Source of the DNA: Aulosira sp. ZfuVER01 | Lineage (GTDB): Bacteria; Cyanobacteriota; Cyanobacteriia; Cyanobacteriales; Nostocaceae | Reading direction: 5' to 3' | DNA: 64,000 bases | Assembly (NCBI GenBank): GCA_034530615.2 | Contig: JAVRCV020000024.1 | Span: 1 to 64,000 of the forward strand | In this document: one piece after another, positions 21,751-29,900 of the stretch | Layout: each line of letters begins with the position of its first letter | Position numbering within the stretch: the first letter of the stretch is position 1 | Translations under genes and position numbers: made by a program | Notes under the pieces: model-generated | Told to the model about the DNA's origin: nothing | What the model saw: only the letters and a program-made list of their open reading frames with translations | Databases searched by the model: none

Positions 21751-21806
21751 ATATAGATGCACCCTGATGACCTGGAGAGCTGCCCAAGTAGCTCTCTCTT
21801 TTTTTT
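21751..21806 (+). ncRNA. Putative sRNA copy 2
   Basis: TTGACC (21717)-16 bp-TATACT (21739); body ATATAGATGCACCCTGATGACCT; GAGAGCT/AGCTCTC hairpin plus T tract. Confidence 0.7.
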
Positions 21807-21898
21807 TGCTATACTGCGATCGCTCTTCATCATAACTTTGCAAAAAGAAAGCGCAATAATGGGTATTGACCCTCATGCAAAAAATGCTATGATATGCT

Positions 21899-21950
21899 AT
21901 TTAGATACACCCTGATGATCTAGAGAGCTCCCCAAGTGGCTCTCTTTTTT
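21899..21950 (+). ncRNA. Putative sRNA copy 3
   Basis: TTGACC (21866)-16 bp-TATGAT (21888); body ATTTAGATACACCCTGATGATCT; AGAGAGC/GCTCTCT hairpin plus T tract. Confidence 0.7.
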
Positions 21951-22045
21951 ATTTTCGCTTAAACTTAAAAACCACTTCAATCACTTTTTTATAAATTTCT
22001 AACTAAGGGGTATTGCCCCTCATATTAAAGATGTTATAATGTGCT

Positions 22046-22097
22046 ATATAGATGCACCCTGATGATCTGGAGAGCTGCCCAAGTGGCTCTCCTTTTT
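22046..22097 (+). ncRNA. Putative sRNA copy 4
   Basis: TTGCCC (22013)-16 bp-TATAAT (22035); body ATATAGATGCACCCTGATGATCT; GGAGAGC/GCTCTCC hairpin plus T tract. Confidence 0.7.
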
Positions 22098-22129
22098 CGC
22101 TTTTTATCTGCGCTTTGGTTAGAAAATAA

Positions 22130-22173
22130 GGCAGGAGGCAGAGGGCAGGAGGCAGAGGGCAGGGGGCAGAAGG
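22130..22173. repeat. STRR heptamer repeat (GGCAGRR)n
   Basis: ggcagga-ggcagag-ggcagga-ggcagag-ggcaggg-ggcagaa. Confidence 0.85.
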
Positions 22174-22332
22174 TAAAAGTTTTCCTTTTATAACTTTTCT
22201 CACTTCATTGTACAGAGGAGCTACGTTAACGCTTGTGAGAGTCTATTTTGAATCTTGAAGTTTGAATTTTGAGTTGCATAAGACTTGATATAATCGCCAG
22301 TCGAGCCACTGTTTAGTTACGGGGGAATAATC

Positions 22333-23574
22333 ATGGCAGACTGGCAGGAAATTACTGGTGGGATCACAGCACCAAGAGGATATCGGGCCGCAGGAATTAC
22401 CGCAGGGTTAAAACCTTCGGGATTGCCCGACTTAGCGTTGATATTGTCAGACGTAGAAGCGATCGCAGCGGGTGTATTCACCACCAGTCAAGTTAAAGCC
22501 GCCTGCGTAGATTATTGTCGTCAACGCTTACAAGCCAAGCATAATACTCGGGCTATTCTGTGCAATGCAGGACAAGCAAACGCTGCCACAGGTAGTCAAG
22601 GTTGGTTCGATGCCCTAGAATCTGCTATGGCAGTAGCCCAAGCCTTGAATATCTCCAGTGACTCTGTGTTATTGGCTTCGACTGGGGTAATTGGGCAACG
22701 AATCAGGATGGATAAACTCAAAGCCGGAATTCCCCAACTAGTAGCAGCACTATCAGAAACAGGCTCAGATGCAGCAGCAGGGGCAATTGTGACAACAGAC
22801 TTGGTGCCTAAATCGATTGCGCTAGAGACAACTATAGGCGATCGCCCCGTGCGCATTGGTGGTATTGCCAAGGGTTCTGGTATGATTCATCCCAACATGG
22901 CAACTATGCTGGCATTTGTTACCTGTGATGCGGCGGTGTCACCAGGACTTTGGCAACAAATGTTAAGTCGCGCGGCTGATAGAAGTTTCAATTCTATTAC
23001 TGTGGATGGTGATACCAGCACTAATGACAGCTTAATTGCCTTAGCAAATGGCCAATCTCGTACCCCAGCTATTATAGAAATGGGGACAGAAGCTGAAAAA
23101 TTAGAAGCGATGTTAACAGCAGTTTGCCAGCATTTAGCAAAAGCGATCGCCCGTGATGGTGAAGGTGCAACTTGTCTAATTGAAGTGCAAGTTACCGGAA
23201 CCCATGATGAACTTTCAGCGCGTCAAATAGCGAAAACTATTGCAGGTTCATCGCTAGTTAAATCTGCAATTTTTGGTCGCGATCCCAACTGGGGACGCAT
23301 CGCCGCCGCCGCTGGACGTGCAGGTGTACCCTTTGAGCAAGAAAATCTGCAAATCAAGCTAGGTGATTTTCTACTATTAGAAAATGGTCAACCTCTGCCA
23401 TTCGATCGTGCAGCAGCAAGTGCTTATTTAAAAAATGCCGCGCAAGGTGCCTATCTTAAAGAAGATACAGTATTAATTTCTGTTAGCGTTGGTAATGGTT
23501 ATGGTACAGGTAAAGCTTGGGGTTGCGATCTAAGTTATGACTATGTGAAAATTAACGCCGAATACACGACTTAA
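22333..23574 (+). CDS. argJ: Bifunctional ornithine acetyltransferase / N-acetylglutamate synthase
   Basis: NAGQANAATG, STGVIG, KGSGMIHPNMATML, DGDTSTND, DGEGA, INAEYTT. Confidence 0.97.
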   Translation: MADWQEITGGITAPRGYRAAGITAGLKPSGLPDLALILSDVEAIAAGVFTTSQVKAACVDYCRQRLQAKHNTRAILCNAGQANAATGSQGWFDALESAMAVAQALNISSDSVLLASTGVIGQRIRMDKLKAGIPQLVAALSETGSDAAAGAIVTTDLVPKSIALETTIGDRPVRIGGIAKGSGMIHPNMATMLAFVTCDAAVSPGLWQQMLSRAADRSFNSITVDGDTSTNDSLIALANGQSRTPAIIEMGTEAEKLEAMLTAVCQHLAKAIARDGEGATCLIEVQVTGTHDELSARQIAKTIAGSSLVKSAIFGRDPNWGRIAAAAGRAGVPFEQENLQIKLGDFLLLENGQPLPFDRAAASAYLKNAAQGAYLKEDTVLISVSVGNGYGTGKAWGCDLSYDYVKINAEYTT

Positions 23575-23716
23575 AAATTCGTAATTAAAAATTCGTAGTT
23601 CGTAATTCGTAATTAAAGATAGTTTCAGACTAGGATTGTGACCCTAAGTGTAAACCTTTGGTAGTATCCCATTGACAGCAAACGCCAAGATGGGCGCTAC
23701 CTTACCCAGCTAAGTG

Positions 23717-23842
23717 TCAATACAGTTCATTTAATCTGAAATAGATGACACCGTAGGGGCACGGCACCCACAATATTGCTCACAACTAGACAATCTTACT
23801 AGCGCCGTGCCCCTACAAAGATCCTTAACTGAAGCGTATTGA
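23717..23842. mobile_element. MITE-like element with terminal inverted repeats enclosing a REP-like palindrome
   Basis: TCAATACAGTTCATTTAA ... TTAACTGAAGCGTATTGA, with internal GTAGGGGCACGGC...GCCGTGCCCCTAC (23753-23816). Confidence 0.7.
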
Positions 23843-23895
23843 GCTAATTATAAACGAAAATTACGAAATACAAATTAGTAATTAATTATCTAGTT

Positions 23896-24648
23896 ATGGC
23901 TATTGCTTATTTCCACTTTTATGCTGAATTAAATGATTTTTTACATCGAAATAAAAGACGCATCAAAATCAACCATTCTTTTAGAGAGAGAGCTTCGATT
24001 AAAGACATGATTGAGTCTTTAGGTGTACCTCATCCAGAAGTTGATTCTATAAAAGTAAACGATAAATATGTAGATTTTTCTTATATTGTTCGGGATGGAG
24101 ATAACATTAATGTCTATCCCATTTCTGTGATTTCTCTTACTAAATCAACAGTTTCGGTTCGTTCAGAATCCCTCAGTAATATCCGCTTTGTTGTCGATAT
24201 TCATTTAGGAAAACTAGCGACATCATTAAGACTGTTAGGTTTTGATACTTTATATCGGAATGACTATGCAGATGAGGAATTAGCAGAGATATCCCATACA
24301 CAAGAAAGGATGCTTTTGACTCGTGATAAGGGTTTATTGATGCGTAGTTTAGTAACCTATGGCTATTACGTCAGAAGTACTAACCCTCAGCAGCAAATAT
24401 TGGAAGTACTTCGACGCTTCGATTTATTTAAGTTAGTATCCCCCTTTCAAAGATGTTTGCGCTGCAATGGATTACTAGAAACTATAGAGAAAGAAAAGAT
24501 AATTAACCAATTGCCAGAAACTGTGCAATTGCAGAATCATGAATTTCATCACTGTCAAGAATGCAAGCAAATTTATTGGAAAGGAACGCATTATGAACGC
24601 TTGCAACAGTTTATTGATGGCGTACTTGATTCAAAAAAAACTGAGTGA
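23896..24648 (+). CDS. Mut7-C RNase (PIN fold) with N-terminal ubiquitin-like domain
   Basis: IESLGVPHPEV, FVVDIHLGKLA..LRLLGFD, LLTRD, RCLRCN, CQEC..YWKGTH. Confidence 0.92.
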   Translation: MAIAYFHFYAELNDFLHRNKRRIKINHSFRERASIKDMIESLGVPHPEVDSIKVNDKYVDFSYIVRDGDNINVYPISVISLTKSTVSVRSESLSNIRFVVDIHLGKLATSLRLLGFDTLYRNDYADEELAEISHTQERMLLTRDKGLLMRSLVTYGYYVRSTNPQQQILEVLRRFDLFKLVSPFQRCLRCNGLLETIEKEKIINQLPETVQLQNHEFHHCQECKQIYWKGTHYERLQQFIDGVLDSKKTE

Positions 24649-24690
24649 TTCAAGAACACTCATCATTGCTATGTGTAATAGGAGTCTCAG

Positions 24691-25641
24691 GTGACATTAA
24701 TATTAGCTCTCGACTTTGGCGGAACTAAGCTAGCAGCAGCCACGGTAAATTCCGGTTCTAGAGAATGGCTAGGTTATGAACGTCGCCTTTCTCCAGTGAA
24801 TGCAGATGCTAACACTGATTTAGAAATTATGCGATCGCTCATTCACTCTTTGTTGCAAGATACAAAACCGACTGCTATTGGTGTCAGCTTTGGCGGGCCA
24901 GTAGATGCTACTACCGGAACAGTGCGCCTTTCCCATCATGTTGCTGGATGGGAAAATATTTACCTCAAAGACTTGCTAGAGAAAGAGTTTGGTATTCCTA
25001 CTTCTGTCGATAATGATGCCAATATTGCTGCTTTGGGGGAACATCGCTTTGGTGCAGGTCAAGGTTGCGATAGCTTGTTTTATATCACCATTAGCACAGG
25101 CGTAGGTGGTGGTTGGATACTCAATGGTCAGCCTTGGCGGGGTGCTGGAGGGATGGCTGGTGAAATTGGACACATAGTTGTAGATCCTGCTGGCCCGGTA
25201 TGTTTGTGCGGTAAACGGGGATGTGTGGAACGTTTAGCCTCTGGCCCATATATGGCGCAAAATGCACGGGAAGTATTGGTAAACGAACCCAAAGCAGGAA
25301 AAATTTTGCGGAATTTGATAGGCGATAATTTAGATTTACTAACAGGGCAGTTGATAAGTGAAGCTGCGGCTATTGGAGATGATTTGGCTCAGGAGATTTT
25401 ACGAAAATCAGCTTGGTCACTAGGTGTGGGTATTGGGAATGTAGCGAATTTGGTGAACCCACAATTGTTTATTTTAGGTGGGAGCGTAACCAAAACGGGC
25501 ACTTTATGGTGGGATGTTTTACGTCAGGTGGCGCGGGAGACAGCGCTACCAGAAGTTAATTTTGAAATTGTCCCAGCGGCCTTAGGTGATGATGCGCCAT
25601 TGTGGGGTGCTGTTGCACTTGCTCAATCTAGCTTCGAGTAA
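24691..25641 (+). CDS. ROK family sugar kinase
   Basis: LDFGGTK, DNDAN, STGVGGG, GEIGH, CLCGKRGCVE. Confidence 0.93.
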   Translation: MTLILALDFGGTKLAAATVNSGSREWLGYERRLSPVNADANTDLEIMRSLIHSLLQDTKPTAIGVSFGGPVDATTGTVRLSHHVAGWENIYLKDLLEKEFGIPTSVDNDANIAALGEHRFGAGQGCDSLFYITISTGVGGGWILNGQPWRGAGGMAGEIGHIVVDPAGPVCLCGKRGCVERLASGPYMAQNAREVLVNEPKAGKILRNLIGDNLDLLTGQLISEAAAIGDDLAQEILRKSAWSLGVGIGNVANLVNPQLFILGGSVTKTGTLWWDVLRQVARETALPEVNFEIVPAALGDDAPLWGAVALAQSSFE

Positions 25642-25659
25642 GTTAATCAGCAATGCCAT

Positions 25660-25974
25660 TTATTGATTACGAGATTCTAAGTATTTTAAAATTCTCTGAT
25701 TTTCCAATGTTAACTCTCTAATATCTGCTGCTAAATCTCTAATATCTCCTGTGTTGTCATCAATTCTTCTTTGATTATCAATCATTTGACGTTGCATATT
25801 CACCATTTGCCGTTGCATATCATCAAGCTTAGGTAAAATGCTACTAGCTAAATCAGTTAAAGCTTGAATTGACTTCGCATTAGATTGAGTAAGTTGATTG
25901 GATTGCTCGTTCAAAGCTTGAATTGACTTCGCGTTAGATTCTACCAGTTTCTCGATACGTTCAATATCACTCAT
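25660..25974 (-). CDS. Small coiled-coil hypothetical protein
   Basis: ATG at 25974 (MSDIERIE...), heptad pattern, internal duplicate SNAKSIQAL. Confidence 0.65.
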   Translation of the reverse strand: MSDIERIEKLVESNAKSIQALNEQSNQLTQSNAKSIQALTDLASSILPKLDDMQRQMVNMQRQMIDNQRRIDDNTGDIRDLAADIRELTLENQRILKYLESRNQ

Positions 25975-26448
25975 AGTTTTCTGCAACTCATATGATAATT
26001 ATGCCTATACATGACATTATAAACAATCAAAATTATTTTTTTTACAAATTAAGTGAATTATAAGCATTTTATTTTTGGTATGTTATTTATCTTTTTACTT
26101 CATCTTATAACAGTCAAATAAATTAAATAATTGTGCTTATTAATTGGCAAGATAGCCATCTTAAATCATCCAGTAAAAAAATCTATTGCCTATTACCATT
26201 TGCCAAAAGTCGATTAACCATGTTGATAATGAAGTTTTATATGACTGACTCAACAGGGTGATAAGTAAATAAGTGGCGATCGCATCTATTACCTGAGACA
26301 TATACTGAAAGTTGAGAGCATAGTTGTGCCATCTGCTCTCCTCGATTTGGCATTCTATAAGAATTATTAGTAAAAAATCAGCCAAGCTCAGAGAACAAAT
26401 CAATTTAAGGTATATTTTAATTGTGAATAAAATGACAGCAAAAATTGT

Positions 26449-27822
26449 ATGATCTGCTGCCTAAATCCCGATTGTCCAAATCCCCTAAATCCTGACGGTT
26501 CAAATTTTTGCCTCAGTTGTGGAACAGGGTTAGTCTCACTACTCAGAAATCGTTACCGCATTATCCAACCACTGGGTAGAGGGGGATTTGCGCGTACTTA
26601 TTTGGCAGAGGATGTAGACAAGCTAAATGAACCATGTGTTGTCAAGCAGCTAGTTCGCGGTCAATTTTATGGTGGTGGCGGTAGTGAAGCTCAGAAAAAA
26701 GCCACAGAGTTGTTTGAGCGAGAAGCAAAACGCTTGCAAGAGTTAGGAAAACACGACCAAATTCCTACACTGTTTGCCTATTTTAAAGAATATGACTACT
26801 TATATTTAGTGCAGGAATTAATAGAAGGTCAAAATTTATTACAGGAGCTAAAACAACAGGGCGTATTTGATGAGATAAAAATTCGACAATTATTAAATGA
26901 TTTATTACCTGTACTGGAATTAATACATCAGCAACAGGTGATTCACCGAGATATTAAGCCAGAAAATATTATTCGTCGTCAACGCGATTGTAAGTTGGTG
27001 CTGATTGATTTTGGTGTGTCTAAACAAAAGACAGAAACAATCAACACTTCACCAGGAACAATTATTGGTTCTTTAGGCTATGCGCCAATTGAACAAATTC
27101 AGTTTGGCGAAGCTTATCCTGCTAGCGATCTTTACAGTTTGGGGATAGCTTGTTTTTATCTGCTGACTAATATTTCTCCCTCGCAACTGTGGATGAAACA
27201 AGGTTTTAATTGGACGAATAATTGGCGCAGCCAAATGACGCAACCCATTAGTCAAGAATTAGAGCTAATTCTGGATAAGTTGTTGCAAGAAAACCATGAA
27301 CAGCGCTATCACTCAGCTAGAGAAGTCTTACAAGACTTAAATTCTCAGATGGCTCCACATTGGAGTGTGCCTCATACCATCATCTCACCACAGCAATTAA
27401 TTCCTCCACAGCCACCACTTACACAACCTACTCCCTCTCCCTCTCCCGTACAATTCTCTATGAGAAAATTATTGCCTGGGGTTGTGATTGTAGGTTCAGG
27501 TGGTTCATTTTTAGCTATTATCCTTCTAAGTTTTTTAGGAACTACTTTGATTAGTTCAGGATTATGGCTGTTAATTTTAGCTGCTCTAATCTTTACTCAA
27601 TCTCGCTCTTTGTTTGAAAAGACTTATTTATTGATTATTGCTGTAATTACAAATCTATTCATTGTCTATATATTCCACAGTTGGCAAATCAACAATCCTT
27701 TACAATCTGGAACTAATGGATTAATAATTGTAGTCTTACTAGTCATACTGGCTGGCTTATTAGCATTTATCCTCATGGGAATATCCCAGATAGTGGACAA
27801 ATTAATTACTAAACAGTTTTGA
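26449..27822 (+). CDS. Ser/Thr kinase with N-terminal 4-Cys motif and C-terminal TM helices
   Basis: CLNPDC..CLSCG, LGRGGFA, HRDIKPEN, DFG, Pro-rich linker, hydrophobic tail. Confidence 0.93.
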   Translation: MICCLNPDCPNPLNPDGSNFCLSCGTGLVSLLRNRYRIIQPLGRGGFARTYLAEDVDKLNEPCVVKQLVRGQFYGGGGSEAQKKATELFEREAKRLQELGKHDQIPTLFAYFKEYDYLYLVQELIEGQNLLQELKQQGVFDEIKIRQLLNDLLPVLELIHQQQVIHRDIKPENIIRRQRDCKLVLIDFGVSKQKTETINTSPGTIIGSLGYAPIEQIQFGEAYPASDLYSLGIACFYLLTNISPSQLWMKQGFNWTNNWRSQMTQPISQELELILDKLLQENHEQRYHSAREVLQDLNSQMAPHWSVPHTIISPQQLIPPQPPLTQPTPSPSPVQFSMRKLLPGVVIVGSGGSFLAIILLSFLGTTLISSGLWLLILAALIFTQSRSLFEKTYLLIIAVITNLFIVYIFHSWQINNPLQSGTNGLIIVVLLVILAGLLAFILMGISQIVDKLITKQF

Positions 27823-27894
27823 TTTTGTAATTGATTTTACCTTTTGTTAGACCGTATTTAGATAAATTTATCTAATTAATAGAGGTAGTTATTT

Positions 27895-29364
27895 ATGACA
27901 CATAAGGACGAGAATATACGGTTACTTGTCTCTCTGGGAATTGCGGGTGTAATGGTAGCAGTTATTTTATGGTTAGTAAGCAAAGTTGCTTCTAAACCAA
28001 TCTCAACACCTTCAACGCCTTCAATGGTAAATTCATCTGGATTGCCGATCGCATCTTCTCCAGAGTGGATGAGTATAGGTGATAAAATTTTGGTAACAGC
28101 AGATAAAACAGATGAAAAAGCAGCTGGAGTAAATGCTTTTCAAGCTGGAGATTTTGGCACTGCTATTATCAAATTTCAAGCATCTTTGCAAAGCCAGCGC
28201 AATGACCCAGAGACATTAATTTATTTGAATAATGCGAAAATTGGTAGCTCAAAAGCTCTCAAGGTAGCAGTAATTGCCCCAATTGGTAGTAGCTTGAATG
28301 AGGCAAAAGAAACTTTACGCGGAGTGGCACAAGCTCAAGAAGAAGTTAATAGCAGTGGTGGTATCAATGGAGTGCCATTGCAGCTGGAAATTGCCAGTTT
28401 GAATAACTTTGGCCAGCTTGAAACTATAGATACTGAATTGGCTAAAGACTCCAATCTTCTAGCAGTAGTAGGCTTTGGCCGCAACGACAAGCTTTATAGA
28501 CAGAGTGGTTTGGTGAGAGTTTCTCCAAGTAGCAGTAGAAATCAGCCAGGACAAAATCAGGCACAGTTTTTTGCAGATACCAGATATGTCTTCAATGTCA
28601 GCCCCAATCGTAATATTTTCAATCAAGTTCTTACTGAATATATTGTTAAAAAAGAACGCCGCACTAATATAGCTATTTGCCGAGATTCGTCATTTAGAAC
28701 TACTCAAGAAACATCTAGCCAGGAAAGACCAAACCAAGAAATTGTCAAGGAATATAGTGATTTAATCAGTAAAGCAGGGGGAAAAGTTACTGGTACAGAT
28801 TGCGATTTAGGAGCAGCAAATTTTAGAGCTAGCGATTTTATCGCTAAGGCCACCAGCGATGGAGCAGAAGCCATACTTCTCATTCCTAGAATAAATAATA
28901 TCAATCCTGCTCTTGATGTAGCAAAGGAGAACAGAGGTAGACTGGCGCTTTTTGGTTCTCAACAGCTTTATGGTGAAAAGATTTTAAAGTATGGGCAAGG
29001 AGATATCAAAGGGATGGTGGTATCTGTACCTTGGCATCGGAATGCTAATCGTAATATGAGTAAAGGTAATTCCTTTGCCGAGAAAGCTGCTAAACTTTGG
29101 GGTGGAGATGTAAGTCCGCGAACGGCGACAGCTTATGATGCTCTGCAAGTAATTATCGCTGGTTTAAAAGAAGATAGTACTCGTAAAGGATTGCAAAAGG
29201 TGCTATCTAATCCTAATTTTTCAGCGATGGGAGCAACAGGTAAAATTCAGTTTTCCCCATCAGGCGATCGCCAAGGTGGAGTCTTTCTAGTCAAAATCCA
29301 GCCTTGTGAGTCAGGTAAGCCTTGTGCTTCTAGTACTGGCTATGATTTTGTGTTACTCCAATAA
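27895..29364 (+). CDS. Membrane-anchored branched-chain-amino-acid-type (PBP1) substrate-binding protein
   Basis: N-terminal TM, NDPETLIYLNNA, LRGVAQAQ..GGING, ATAYDA, GATGKIQF..GDR. Confidence 0.85.
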   Translation: MTHKDENIRLLVSLGIAGVMVAVILWLVSKVASKPISTPSTPSMVNSSGLPIASSPEWMSIGDKILVTADKTDEKAAGVNAFQAGDFGTAIIKFQASLQSQRNDPETLIYLNNAKIGSSKALKVAVIAPIGSSLNEAKETLRGVAQAQEEVNSSGGINGVPLQLEIASLNNFGQLETIDTELAKDSNLLAVVGFGRNDKLYRQSGLVRVSPSSSRNQPGQNQAQFFADTRYVFNVSPNRNIFNQVLTEYIVKKERRTNIAICRDSSFRTTQETSSQERPNQEIVKEYSDLISKAGGKVTGTDCDLGAANFRASDFIAKATSDGAEAILLIPRINNINPALDVAKENRGRLALFGSQQLYGEKILKYGQGDIKGMVVSVPWHRNANRNMSKGNSFAEKAAKLWGGDVSPRTATAYDALQVIIAGLKEDSTRKGLQKVLSNPNFSAMGATGKIQFSPSGDRQGGVFLVKIQPCESGKPCASSTGYDFVLLQ

Positions 29365-29900
29365 CAAATTGTTTCTATTTATACCCACAATTCCTTAATC
29401 GATTGCAGGTGTTTAATCAGATTGACACCTATTTTGTATAGATTAAAACTTGCTCATTCTGTATCTTTTTGGGGATGAAAAATCTCTACTTTTGCTATAT
29501 GTAAACAGCTACTTGCTGTACCTACAATAATTAAAAAACTTTGGGAATATACTTCTGCTCAATTAAGCACTAATATACTAAATACACAAAAGTATAAATT
29601 TGGTGCATCAGACCTCTAAGGAAAGGCAGAAAGTCTATAGAGTGAAAGTAAAGCAACTTAAGGGTTTTAGAGCAATTTGTAACCATCTTACAAAGCTCTA
29701 GTTGTCCTCAGTTTGTAGTAAATACGCTCCTATACAAAAGTCTTATATGCAACCAAGACAGATTTTGGCTTTTTGACTCTACTTTAGACACAGCCGCCAT
29801 CCTAAATAAGTGCATTACCCTATCAACTTAGTTGATGAAATGGCTGTGGCGACGCATCTTTTTTCTTGAATAAATTCTGTAGAATTATCTGACTTTATTT

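Larger units (their letters stand above)
21564..22098 (+). repeat. Four-unit direct-repeat array, period 147-148 bp; each unit is promoter + conserved body + terminator
   Basis: The (G/A)CACC core starts at 21611, 21759, 21907 and 22054. The linkers are A/T-rich and unrelated to each other. Confidence 0.92.

Noticed and set aside
21764..21770. CUGAUGA as a hammerhead ribozyme core or fluoride riboswitch part
   Set aside because: No GAAA after a stem II and none of the other required helices or motifs.
21757..22097. Repeated micro-ORF MHPDDLESCPS in the array
   Set aside because: There is no RBS, unit 3 has ATA instead of ATG, and no stop occurs before the terminator. Conservation follows the hairpin rather than codons.
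21564..22098. Array interpreted as a CRISPR array
   Set aside because: The units are ~148 bp with internal promoters and terminators, the repeats are imperfect, the linkers are A/T tracts rather than 30-45-nt spacers, and no cas genes are present.
22003..22203. 66-aa minus-strand ORF
   Set aside because: It is made of STRR heptamers plus the antisense of array unit 4.
26161..26403. 80-aa minus-strand ORF
   Set aside because: Non-ATG start in the kinase promoter region and no protein-like features.
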